A stretch of DNA of 32,000 nucleotides from Wolbachia endosymbiont strain TRS of Brugia malayi (lineage in GTDB: Bacteria > Pseudomonadota > Alphaproteobacteria > Rickettsiales > Anaplasmataceae): the NCBI RefSeq assembly GCF_000008385.1, contig NC_006833.1, positions 990,001 to 1,022,000 of the forward strand, given 5' to 3'. Below the pieces are notes generated by a model. It worked only from the letters and a program-made list of their open reading frames with translations, had not been told where the DNA came from and did not search any database. Below are positions 8,514 through 17,540 of the stretch, in pieces (the stretch's first letter is position 1; every line of letters starts with the position of its first letter). A program made the position numbers and the translations under genes.

Positions 8514-9260
8514 TTATGCAACCTTGTGCAATATCCTGTCTAATCTGAGGGCAATAGGTATTCTGAAGTTAAAAGGCAACCAATCGACCTTCCCTAATTT
8601 AAACGATAAACCAACTATGCTTACACGCCCAATTATGTTTTCCATTGGTATAAAACCAACTTCAGGAAACCTACTATCCAAAGAATTATTTCTATTGTCC
8701 CCCATAACAAAAAATTGATTATTAGGTACATAATAAACCGGAGTACCATATGACAGCTTATTAGAAACGTTATCTATCAAAATCTCATGTTCCTTGCCAT
8801 TAGGAAGCGCTTCTATATACCTTGGTATGCTATGGCTTGACTCATAATCAAAAAAACTTTCAATTTGCTTTCGTTCCACTTTTTGATCATTTAGATATAA
8901 TTCTCCCTCTATCATTTGCACTTTGTCGCCTGGTGTTCCTATTACTCGCTTAACAAATCTGATATTATCATTTCGTGTAGGCTTAAAAACTATTATATCA
9001 CCACGTTTTGGAGGAGTATAAAAAATCCTGCCGTTAAAGATATTTGGAGAAAACGGAAAGGAGTATTTACTGTAGCCGTACGAATATTTACTAGTAAAAA
9101 TGTAATCCCCTTCGAGCAGAGTGCTCTTCATTGAACCAGAAGGTATATGAAATGGCTCAAATAAAAAACTACGTATTGACAATGCAGTCAGTAGTAAGAA
9201 AAACAATGAAGATAAAAATTTTCCTGTTCTTACTACCTGGTTTTTTCTCGGTTCTTTCAA
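8514..9260 (-). CDS. lepB: Signal peptidase I
   Basis: 248-aa ORF with an N-terminal TM segment, the catalytic Ser box IPSGSMKSTL, the KRVIG box and GDNRNNSLDSRF. The apparent start is TTG. It is convergent with hscA and only 2 bp separate the two stop codons. Confidence 0.9.
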   Translation of the reverse strand: MKEPRKNQVVRTGKFLSSLFFLLLTALSIRSFLFEPFHIPSGSMKSTLLEGDYIFTSKYSYGYSKYSFPFSPNIFNGRIFYTPPKRGDIIVFKPTRNDNIRFVKRVIGTPGDKVQMIEGELYLNDQKVERKQIESFFDYESSHSIPRYIEALPNGKEHEILIDNVSNKLSYGTPVYYVPNNQFFVMGDNRNNSLDSRFPEVGFIPMENIIGRVSIVGLSFKLGKVDWLPFNFRIPIALRLDRILHKVA

Positions 9261-9706
9261 TTCTTCTAACTTTGTTTTTCTGATGAATTGAGTTTATTAT
9301 AATACATAAATTAATAAAGTAGTAATGTGAAATTTCATTTGTAAATGTTACCTCGCTTCCAAAACTGCTTTGCAAAATATTAACTGCTGGAACCATTTCA
9401 GTACCAGCCACTTGGATGGCAATGCAAAAGTTCAACGTGTAAATCTGATACAAAACTTTGATTTCTAGCAAATCTATCACTATTAAAAAATATACAAGAA
9501 GCTTTATAAAAACCAACGTAATTTCGCCATAAAAATATCATTCTTAAGTCCTGTATAAAAGCAAATTTTAGCACTGAGCGAATCTTTTTTAATTAATTAT
9601 GAATTGGGTAACTTAGAAGATAAATTTTATTTACTTTTACAATATCTTAAGATCTAATGTCACTTTATCGGTCAGAAGTATCAGAAGGATTGCAACTTAG
9701 ATTAAT

Positions 9707-10636
9707 ATGTTCTTTACTCTTTTTCTTAAAATACTACCTGTTTATATTACAATACTTATTGGTTATTTTGCAGGAAAATATCTCAAGATTGACAGAAATA
9801 CTATATCTCAAATACTCTTTTATATAGCCAATCCAATAGTGATCTTATATGGGGTCTCTCATATAGAGGTCAACTTTCAGATAATCTCTCTACCGATTTT
9901 AACATGGTTCATAGGTAGTACTATGTCCTTATCAGTGTATTACTTTTCTTCTTTTTTATTTAAGGACAATACGAGGAACATATTGGCATTTAGCTCAGGC
10001 AGCACAAGTATGGGTTATTTTGGTCTACCAATTGCCATGGCTTTATTTGATGAGGATTCAGTATCTGTATACGTTGTCTGTTATATAGGAATGGCACTGT
10101 TTGAAAATAGTTTAGGATTCTACATAGCTGCGAATGGCATTTATACTGCAAAAGAGTGCATGCTAAAATTGTTTAGAATTCCTTCATCTTATGCGATGAT
10201 CCTAGGCTTTCTTTTAAGTATATCCGGTATGCAAATACCTAACTTTTTAATGGATATTATGGTAAATATCAGAGGTACATTTGCTACGCTGGGAATGATG
10301 CTACTTGGAGTGAGCATTGCAAAAATTGCAAGCTTTAAAGTAGATTGGAAACTTGCTTTAATCACTATTACAGCAAAATACGTACTCTGGCCATTGTTTG
10401 TCTTAGGAATTGTCCTTTTAGATAAACATTTTACAGGTATATACGATGAAAATATATATAAAGCATTAATGTTGCTGGCCGTTATTCCAGTTTCTGGATC
10501 AAGCATAATGCTTGCTAATATTCTAAACTTTCAACCAGATAAAGCTACTTTATTACTGCTAATTAGTATTACGGTAGGATTATTTTATGTTCCACTAATA
10601 ATATCACTATTTTTCGCTAAACTTGTTCCTCTTTAA
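9707..10636 (+). CDS. AEC (auxin efflux carrier) family permease
   Basis: 309-aa polytopic membrane ORF of about 10 hydrophobic segments. The N-terminus MFFTLFLKILPVYITILIGYFAGK is typical of AEC/malate-permease-like transporters. Confidence 0.8.
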   Translation: MFFTLFLKILPVYITILIGYFAGKYLKIDRNTISQILFYIANPIVILYGVSHIEVNFQIISLPILTWFIGSTMSLSVYYFSSFLFKDNTRNILAFSSGSTSMGYFGLPIAMALFDEDSVSVYVVCYIGMALFENSLGFYIAANGIYTAKECMLKLFRIPSSYAMILGFLLSISGMQIPNFLMDIMVNIRGTFATLGMMLLGVSIAKIASFKVDWKLALITITAKYVLWPLFVLGIVLLDKHFTGIYDENIYKALMLLAVIPVSGSSIMLANILNFQPDKATLLLLISITVGLFYVPLIISLFFAKLVPL

Positions 10637-10700
10637 GATTAGAAATTTAAGCGGCGCAGTATTAGAATACTTGCTACTTGTTGAGAGATCTTATACTAAA

Positions 10701-12170
10701 CTAGCTATTCAACTTGATTATCCTACTGCAATTTTGCTCTATTACACTTGCTACATTTAACATTCCAGCTTCATCATAATAGTTTCCGATTACTTGTAAA
10801 GCAAGCGGTAAACCCTCATTGGAAAGTCCAACAGGAACAGAGATAGCAGGTAGACCAGCTAAACTTGCCGGCACAGTAAAGACATCATTAATGCACATAA
10901 TTAGTGGGTCTGGCTTTTCATTCAAGCCAAAAGCTTCTGTTGGAGCAGATGGAACAAGTATATAATCTATTTTTTCAAACGCTTTTATAAAATCATTTCT
11001 AATTAACGCCCTAATACATTGCGCTTTTTCATAGTATTCATTGTAGTGACCAGAAGAGAGTGCGTAAGCGCCAATTAAGATTCTTCTTTTTACCTCTTTT
11101 CCAAAACCTTCCGCTCTCGTTAGTGAATACATTTCTTCAAGGATATCAGCATTAACCCTGAGTCCATAGCGCACACCATCATAACGAGCAAGATTAGACG
11201 AAGCTTCAGCAGAACAAATTAAATAATAGACTGGTATTGCATATTTAGTATGAGGTAAGGTAATATCAACAACTTCAGCACCATTTTCTTTTAAATCAGA
11301 AGAAACTTTTTCCCAATGATAGATGATTTCTTCTGAAATTCCATCCATTCTATATTCTTTTGGTATACCAATGCGCCTACCTTTGATATCACCATTTATA
11401 AAATTAGAAAATCTAGGTACTGGTCTTTCACTAGATGTTGAATCTTTGTTATCATAACCACAAATCGTTTCCAACATTAGTGCTGAATCAGAAACAGAAC
11501 GAGTAATGACCCCTGCTTGGTCTAAAGAACTTGCAAATGCGATCATGCCAAAACGCGAGCATCTTCCATAAGTTGGTTTTGCTCCAACTACACCACAATA
11601 AGCTGCTGGTTGACGCACAGATCCACCAGTATCACTTCCGAGTGCTCCAGCACATAAGAATCCAGCGACTGATGCTGCAGATCCACCAGATGATCCACCA
11701 GGTACAACCTTTTCCCCATCACTTTTTCTAACCCATACATTTTCAACAGGACCAAAATAGCTATTTATGTTTGCAGAGCCCATAGCAAATTCATCCATGT
11801 TAAGTTTACCCAGCATGGCTGCTCCACTTTTTAAAAGTAAGTCAGATACCGTAGATTCGTAAGTTGGAATGAAATTTTCTAGCATTTTTGAACATGCTGT
11901 CGTTTTTACTCCTTTCGTACAGAACAAATCTTTAACACCAACTGGTATACCCATGAGCGGTGAGATCGTACTATCCTTTTGTTGGGAAAAACGCTCATCC
12001 GCAGTTTTTGCAGCTTTTATTGCTATTTCCGGAGTTTTCGTTATGAATGCATTTAGTTTCTCATTTTCTACTGCATTGATATGCACTTCAATAAGTTCAA
12101 CAGCAGAAAAACTTCTCTGTTTAAGTCCATTATGCATCTGGGCAATACTTAGCTTCCTCAATTCATTCAT
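10701..12170 (-). CDS. gatA: Glutamyl-tRNA(Gln) amidotransferase subunit A
   Basis: 489-aa ORF with the amidase signature GGSSGGSAASVA...GSDTGGSVRQPAAYCGVVG. Confidence 0.93.
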   Translation of the reverse strand: MNELRKLSIAQMHNGLKQRSFSAVELIEVHINAVENEKLNAFITKTPEIAIKAAKTADERFSQQKDSTISPLMGIPVGVKDLFCTKGVKTTACSKMLENFIPTYESTVSDLLLKSGAAMLGKLNMDEFAMGSANINSYFGPVENVWVRKSDGEKVVPGGSSGGSAASVAGFLCAGALGSDTGGSVRQPAAYCGVVGAKPTYGRCSRFGMIAFASSLDQAGVITRSVSDSALMLETICGYDNKDSTSSERPVPRFSNFINGDIKGRRIGIPKEYRMDGISEEIIYHWEKVSSDLKENGAEVVDITLPHTKYAIPVYYLICSAEASSNLARYDGVRYGLRVNADILEEMYSLTRAEGFGKEVKRRILIGAYALSSGHYNEYYEKAQCIRALIRNDFIKAFEKIDYILVPSAPTEAFGLNEKPDPLIMCINDVFTVPASLAGLPAISVPVGLSNEGLPLALQVIGNYYDEAGMLNVASVIEQNCSRIIKLNS

Positions 12171-12404
12171 TAATATTCAATTTTTAGCAAGATATTAATT
12201 ATAACAACAATAAGATAAAAGATCTATACATTTATAGTAAGAAATGATTAGCATATCTGGAACATTTAGGTTTATTGAAATAGGTTTATGATTAATACAC
12301 CTTAAATTATCATCCAGTACACATCTGTACGAATATTGTATTCGCAGGTGATAGGTATATCATGTGAGTAGTTAGCACTGCTTCCTACTTAGTCCACGTG
12401 TTGC

Positions 12405-12762
12405 TTTAGTTATAAGATATTTAAGAAAGTTACCAAATGAGAAAAAAGGTAAAAAACCCCTGGAGCAGTTAGTTACTAATTCTTTATTTTAAAAACTTGA
12501 CGTTAGTAACGTCTTAAACGCTTTTTAAGCACATTTCAGCTTGTACAGGTAAGAACCTAGATTTTATAAAAACATATGGTGCACATAATACACCAAAATA
12601 TAAGATCTTCTTGTCACTTTAATCTGCAAAAGATTGAGAAGTTATATAAAACAGCTCCAGCTATCGGAGTAAGAGAGCTGGCAAAGTGTGTCAAGTAATT
12701 TTTTGCATTTCTATAAGCTACTTGAACCCTGATTTACCAAATCAAAACGTTCGTACAGTTAC
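12405..12762 (-). repeat. Copy B (inverted) of the ~350-bp intergenic repeat family
   Basis: The reverse complement aligns block-for-block with copy A. Shared blocks include AAATCAGGGTTCAAGTAGCTTATAGAAATGCAAAAAATTACTTGACA, GCAGATTAAAG, AAGCTGAAATGTGCTTAAAAAGCGTTTAAGAC and GGGGTTTTTTACCTTTTTTCTCATTTGGTAA. Confidence 0.75.
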
Positions 12763-12820
12763 ACATAGCGCTGGAACCTAAACGTTAAGCTATAGGCTGC
12801 TTGCTTTTATAATCTTAAAC

Positions 12821-15199
12821 TTAAATATCAACATCATATACGTTGAGTGCATTGTTATTGATAAAATTACGGCGTGGTTCAACTATATCACCCATCAGCA
12901 CTGAGAATATAGAATCAGCTTCTTCGCAGTCTTTTATTTCAACTTTTAGCAAAGTCCTGGTTTCGGGGTTGAGTGTAGTATCCCACAGCTGATCTGCGTT
13001 CATTTCACCAAGACCTTTAAATCTCTGCAAAGTTAAACCTTTTTTACCATAGTCCATCACTATTTTTGCAAGTGCACTAGGAGACCTTATTTTTATTTCA
13101 GTTTCTTGCGACTTCAAAAACGAATCACCATTAAATAAGTCAATTACATCATCAAGAGAGCTCAATATATTTCGTATTTCTTTGCTGTCAAGCATACTAA
13201 GTGGAAATACATATTTATCTGCTAATCCTTGAAACAATTTAGAAATGTGAACTTCTCTTTCTTCATCTTTTATTTCTACTTCCCAATTATATTCACTATA
13301 CATTAACTTCAAATATTTTAATATCTCATTAGCAGATGATAGGGCATTCTTTTTGCTTAAAATTAGTAGCGACTCCAATAGATTTTGCGGTATTCCCCTG
13401 GAATAATTTTTGCTAATATTTGAAATACTAAGACATTTGCTCAAGATAAAGCGCAAACCTCTGCCTGTACTGTTTAATGTTAACTTTTTAACCGCCAAGT
13501 TTACTATATACTTCTCAAAAGTCTCGTCATCTTTAATATAAGTATCTTCAGCATTTTTTGTAACCTTATAAAGAGGTGGCTGCGCTATGTATAAATAGCC
13601 CCTTTCAATCACCTCACGCATATACCGGAAAAAGAAAGTTAGAATCAAAGTTCTTATATGTGAACCATCAACGTCTGCATCTGTCATAATGATGATTTTG
13701 TGATATCTAGTTTTTTCAATGTCAAAGTGTTCACTTCCTATTCCCGCACCAATTGCAGTGATTAAAGAACCTATTTCTGCAGATGAAAAAATACGATCTA
13801 AACTTACACGTTCCACGTTTAGAATTTTCCCCCTTAAGGCAAGTACTGCTTGTGTTTTACGATTACGCCCCTGCTTCGCAGTACCACCTGCAGAATTACC
13901 CTCTACTATAAATAATTCCGATAACTCAGGAACTTTTTCCTGACAATCAGCAAGCTTTCCAGGTAGAGTAGAAATATCAATACTGTTTTTATTTTTAACT
14001 AACTCCCTTGCTTTTCTTGCAGCTTCTCTTCCTTTAGCTGACCTAATTACTCTTTCCACTATACTTGCTGCCAACTTTGGATCAGTTTCAAGTATTGTAC
14101 TCAATTTATCAAAAACTATGCTCTCCACAACTGTGCGCGCTTCAGAACTGACTAACTTGTCTTTTGTCTGTGAAGAGAACTTAGGATCAGGCATTTTGAG
14201 AGATAAAACACAAGTTAACCCTTCTCTAACATCTTCTCCAGTCAAGCTCACTTTTGCTTTCTTTAAAAACCCCTCGTCAGTTGCATAGTTATTGATACAT
14301 CTTGTTAATGCGGACCTAAAGCCTGCCAAATGTGTACCACCATCCCGTTGTCTTATATTATTTGTAAAGCATAACATATGCTCGTAGTAGGAGTCATTCC
14401 ACTCCATTGATATTTCTATGCTGATACCAAGATCTTTTGCATCACCCTTCATGCTGGTAATTTTGGTAACATGCGTTTTATTCTTGTCTAAGTACCGCAC
14501 GAAATTTGCTGTGCCAAAATTATCTTTAGATTGCTTACTGTCGTTAAAGTGAGACTCTATATAAGGTTTATTACGCAAGTCACGCAAAGTGATGTTGATA
14601 CTTGAATTTAAAAAAGCTAATTCTCTGATACGATTTTCAAGAGTGGAGTAACTAAAATCAATACTACTAAAAGTCTCTGTTGACGGCATAAATGTTACTC
14701 TAGTCCCTCTTTTGTTTGTGTTCTTATTTACTATCTTCAAAGGTTCAATAGACTCACCATCTTCAAAGCGCATAAAGTGTTCCTTCTTATTGCGCCAAAT
14801 AGTTAATTCCAGCCAGCTTGACAATGCATTTACAACTGAGATTCCAACACCATGTAATCCGCCAGAAACCTTGTAGGTATTGCTGTCAAATTTACCACCT
14901 GCGTGCAGTTGGGTCATTATTACCTCTGCTGCTGATATTCCTTCTTCTTTGTGAATATCAGTTGGAATGCCACGACCATTATCGGTTACAGATACTGAGC
15001 CATCTTCATTTATGCTAACCTCAATTTTGTCACAATACCCAGCTAACGACTCATCTATCGCATTATCAACAACCTCATATACCATATGATGCAAACCAGA
15101 CCCATCATCAGTATCCCCAATGTACATACCTGGACGCTTCCTTACAGCATCAAGACCTCTTAAGATTTTTATTGCATCAGCGTTATAGTTACTTTCCAT
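12821..15199 (-). CDS. gyrB: DNA gyrase subunit B
   Basis: 792-aa ORF with GHKL ATPase and Toprim motifs: LRGLDAVRKRPGMYIGDT, HHMVYEVVDNAIDE, GGLHGVG, ELFIVEGNSAGG, IIIMTDADVDGSHI, QRFKGLGEMN. Confidence 0.95.
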   Translation of the reverse strand: MESNYNADAIKILRGLDAVRKRPGMYIGDTDDGSGLHHMVYEVVDNAIDESLAGYCDKIEVSINEDGSVSVTDNGRGIPTDIHKEEGISAAEVIMTQLHAGGKFDSNTYKVSGGLHGVGISVVNALSSWLELTIWRNKKEHFMRFEDGESIEPLKIVNKNTNKRGTRVTFMPSTETFSSIDFSYSTLENRIRELAFLNSSINITLRDLRNKPYIESHFNDSKQSKDNFGTANFVRYLDKNKTHVTKITSMKGDAKDLGISIEISMEWNDSYYEHMLCFTNNIRQRDGGTHLAGFRSALTRCINNYATDEGFLKKAKVSLTGEDVREGLTCVLSLKMPDPKFSSQTKDKLVSSEARTVVESIVFDKLSTILETDPKLAASIVERVIRSAKGREAARKARELVKNKNSIDISTLPGKLADCQEKVPELSELFIVEGNSAGGTAKQGRNRKTQAVLALRGKILNVERVSLDRIFSSAEIGSLITAIGAGIGSEHFDIEKTRYHKIIIMTDADVDGSHIRTLILTFFFRYMREVIERGYLYIAQPPLYKVTKNAEDTYIKDDETFEKYIVNLAVKKLTLNSTGRGLRFILSKCLSISNISKNYSRGIPQNLLESLLILSKKNALSSANEILKYLKLMYSEYNWEVEIKDEEREVHISKLFQGLADKYVFPLSMLDSKEIRNILSSLDDVIDLFNGDSFLKSQETEIKIRSPSALAKIVMDYGKKGLTLQRFKGLGEMNADQLWDTTLNPETRTLLKVEIKDCEEADSIFSVLMGDIVEPRRNFINNNALNVYDVDI

Positions 15200-15292
15200 A
15201 AAACCGTTTTATTTATAAATATTAATTAATATTATATTAATATATACTGATTAGCAACATCTTTAAACATGAGGAAAACTTTGGTTATGATA

Positions 15293-15835
15293 CACAATTG
15301 TACGGACATTGCAATTTGATAAATCAAGGTTCAAATAGCTCATAAAAATGTAAAGCCCATTTTACAGGCCTTAAGAACCCTTATATGGGGATGTTTTAGA
15401 CCTAAAATTTATCCTTAATCTTTATTTAAGTGACAAAAGCACATTATTAAACTAGGTGTGTTATGTTTAATTTTTCTTATATAGACACTCCATGTCTTTA
15501 TAAATTTTTATCTACGTTAGCTGAATCTCGCTTATTAAGTAATGTAATAAGCGCCAAGTTTTTGAGAGAACAGTAAACAACTCACATTGCATTGTTCTTT
15601 TTGTCTTTATTTAAGAATTAGTTCAAAAATCAACTAATCTTCTTTTTTTATAAAGAAATTATTTGAAAAACTTCTGCATTACCCTTATCGTGACGTTATG
15701 GATATTTATAATTCCAAGGTTGACTACTTACCAAGCATATAAGACATTAATGTCAAGTTCCTACAAGAGATATCACTAGGGTTTCTTTTGCTTTTTTTCC
15801 TGCTTGGTGAGTTCCTTAAACATTTACAGCTAAAG
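15293..15835 (+). repeat. Copy C of the intergenic repeat family: one full unit (~15293-15640) followed by a partial duplication of the 3' half (~15680-15835)
   Basis: It shares ACATTGCAATTT, AAATCAAGGTTCAAATAGCTCATAAAAATGTAAA, TTATGTTTAATTTTT and AGCTGAATCTCGCTTATTAAG with the other copies. The 3' block appears twice, in degenerate form at ~15595-15630 and in clear form as GGGTTTCTTTTGCTTTTTTTCCTGCTTGGTGA at 15779-15810. This copy lacks the TTGACA box. Confidence 0.65.
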
Positions 15836-15890
15836 CGATTTAAGAGAGAGATCACTCAAATCTGAGATCCAGAAAAAAGTAGGGTTCACT

Positions 15891-15926
15891 TCAGTGCATG
15901 ATACATAATTATGTATCATGCACTGA
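15891..15926. repeat. 36-bp perfect palindrome (TCAGTGCATGATACATAA|TTATGTATCATGCACTGA)
   Basis: Read directly from the sequence: the two 18-nt halves are exact reverse complements. Each arm resembles the dispersed CACTGGATGACAC-type motif (10 of 13 positions). It lies 56 bp after repeat copy C in a 1.1-kb non-coding stretch. Confidence 0.9.
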
Positions 15927-16317
15927 GTTTACCTTGTAGCATTGCGTTTATATAACTTAAATCACTTCAAACCCGAATTTCCAAATCCAAGTAGGTATTA
16001 TTATGTCAAACAACTTCAATTTTAAAGAATTTTTTTTAATTACTATGAAATAAACAGTACACCAGATGATATACAAAGGTGTTGTGTGTTGTAGAAATCA
16101 GTAATAGTATAGGCAATGATTAATGCAACAAGTAACTGTAAAAAAAGCAGAAAGTTTGGTAGAAAAACATAAAGCAATTTCTGGTTATCAGACTTTAGTC
16201 GAGATTTCATATATACATGTATACTTGCTGATTATGACTAGATATATGTAAAAAACAAAATATAGCCAATTCTAGAAAGCCTTACTAAAAAAATCAGATA
16301 AAACTTTCTGTACATAC

Positions 16318-16914
16318 TTAATGGGATTTGCCTTTTTCACTGAAAAAAATACCATGCAACCTTCTATCTATAGCTTCCTCTATATCTTTAATTAATAGCT
16401 GCTTTATCATATTTACTTTTCGTTTTGCATCTTGAGAATGATGTTCATCGTTGCAACCATAACGACTGTTACTACTGTAACTGTTCTTACTGCTATAGCT
16501 ATAACTACTGGCACTTGGTTTACTACTGTAACTTACTCTATTGACCCTTTTACCTATGATTATAAATTTGAGCATTTGTATCACCTTTTCCTTTAAAAAA
16601 GACTTCCAGCCTGTGTTAAGAAACAACCTATAGAGAAAGTGCGGAGCAAGAAATCCCACTAACACTCTAAAAGAAACTTCGTAACCCAGATTTTCTCTAT
16701 TGTCATAATACCACTTGCAATATTGAAACAGATGGAAAAATGCATTTTTTGGAGAGCTAAATTCTACAGCATACCAAAAGCCATTGCTAAGAAATATGAG
16801 CATAATGCTGGATGCATAAAGATAAACTGTGAGGAGAGACAGCTTTACAACTATGTCCTTTAAGCTGCCTAATATGTAATTTAATAACCTTAACTTATAG
16901 AAAAGCGACATCAT
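16318..16914 (-). CDS. Orphan hypothetical membrane protein with a Ser/Tyr-rich low-complexity segment
   Basis: 198-aa ORF with an ATG-ATG start preceded by GGTGGTG. It has hydrophobic segments (LSLLTVYLYASSIMLIFLSNGFWYAV; VLVGFLAPHFLYRLFL) and then YSSKPSASSYSYSSKNSYSSNSRYG. It starts 22 nt downstream of tRNA-Gln on the same strand. I recognise no family. Confidence 0.55.
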   Translation of the reverse strand: MMSLFYKLRLLNYILGSLKDIVVKLSLLTVYLYASSIMLIFLSNGFWYAVEFSSPKNAFFHLFQYCKWYYDNRENLGYEVSFRVLVGFLAPHFLYRLFLNTGWKSFLKEKVIQMLKFIIIGKRVNRVSYSSKPSASSYSYSSKNSYSSNSRYGCNDEHHSQDAKRKVNMIKQLLIKDIEEAIDRRLHGIFFSEKGKSH

Positions 16915-16936
16915 TTTACACCACCATTAAATACGG

Positions 16937-17008
16937 CTGGGGTAGAAGGATTCGAACCTTCGCATGGCGGTATCAAAAACCGCTGCCTTACCACTTGGCT
17001 ACACCCCA
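16937..17008 (-). tRNA. tRNA-Gln (anticodon UUG)
   Basis: The minus-strand sequence is TGGGGTGTAGCCAAGTGGTAAGGCAGCGGTTTTTGATACCGCCATGCGAAGGTTCGAATCCTTCTACCCCAG. It folds as a cloverleaf with a 7-bp acceptor stem (one G-U pair), a GCC/GGC D stem, a GCGGT/ACCGC anticodon stem with loop TTTTGAT (anticodon TTG), and a GAAGG/CCTTC T stem with loop TTCGAAT. It is close to E. coli tRNA-Gln as I remember it. CCA is not encoded. Confidence 0.95.
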
Positions 17009-17334
17009 ATACTACTCACATCAATAACACTATTAACCCAATTAGCAAAAGATTTATTTACTTTTTCTATAGGTATTATCACAATAGCTGGCTGATCATA
17101 AGAATGCATTGCCTCAACTTTTTCTACAATTTTATCAACTTGATCGCTTCTGCTTTTCATAATTGCTATTACTTCACAACTACTATTAATTTCACCTTTC
17201 CATAAATAAAGAGAATTCACTTTAGGAAATATATTTACACATATAATTAATTTCTTGTTTAATAATTCTTCAGAAACAGCTTTAGCCTCCTTCACATTTG
17301 AAAAAGTCGTATAAACTAAAACTAAACTGTTCAT
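16999..17334 (-). CDS. cutA: Divalent-cation tolerance protein CutA
   Basis: 111-aa ORF with a CutA1-like pattern (VLVYTTFSNVKEAKAVSEELLNKKLIICVNIFP...SLYLWKGEI...E..AIMKS...H.YD.PAI). Its last 10 nt overlap the 5' end of tRNA-Gln. Confidence 0.85.
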   Translation of the reverse strand: MNSLVLVYTTFSNVKEAKAVSEELLNKKLIICVNIFPKVNSLYLWKGEINSSCEVIAIMKSRSDQVDKIVEKVEAMHSYDQPAIVIIPIEKVNKSFANWVNSVIDVSSIGV

Positions 17335-17483
17335 TAGAATCTACATAAACGCATTGCTACTATACTTTACTTAGATTAATCTATCAAGAAAAAATAGAAG
17401 AGACTTTTTTTGAAATCTTGTTGTTTCAGTATATAACACTGGAATTTAGAAATTTTTTATGATCAAATCCTTAATCAGAAAAA

Positions 17484-17520
17484 CAAAAAAAGGATGTTAC
17501 TCGATGAATAACATCCTTTT
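17484..17520 (-). terminator. Rho-independent terminator candidate downstream of the 17541-19166 orphan
   Basis: A 9-bp perfect stem (AGGATGTTA 17491-17499 with TAACATCCT 17509-17517) has a 9-nt loop. It is flanked by an A-run on the plus strand (a T-run on the minus-strand transcript) and TTTT on the other side, so it could act in both directions. Confidence 0.6.
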
Positions 17521-17540
17521 GCAAAAAGTAGGTATTTTGT

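Noticed and set aside
9169-9516. 115-aa minus-strand ORF upstream of and overlapping lepB
   Set aside because: It overlaps the lepB 5' end in another frame. The sequence is AT-rich and Ile/Phe/Leu-biased with no motif or convincing start context, so it is most likely spurious.
15240-16937. Integrated island at the tRNA-Gln 3' end delimited by a duplicated tRNA fragment
   Set aside because: I looked for a direct repeat of the tRNA 3' end (GGCTGGGGTAGAAGGATTCGAACC on the plus strand) between 15240 and 16317 and found only a 7-nt match (GGTAGAA near 16160). That is chance-level, and no integrase is present.
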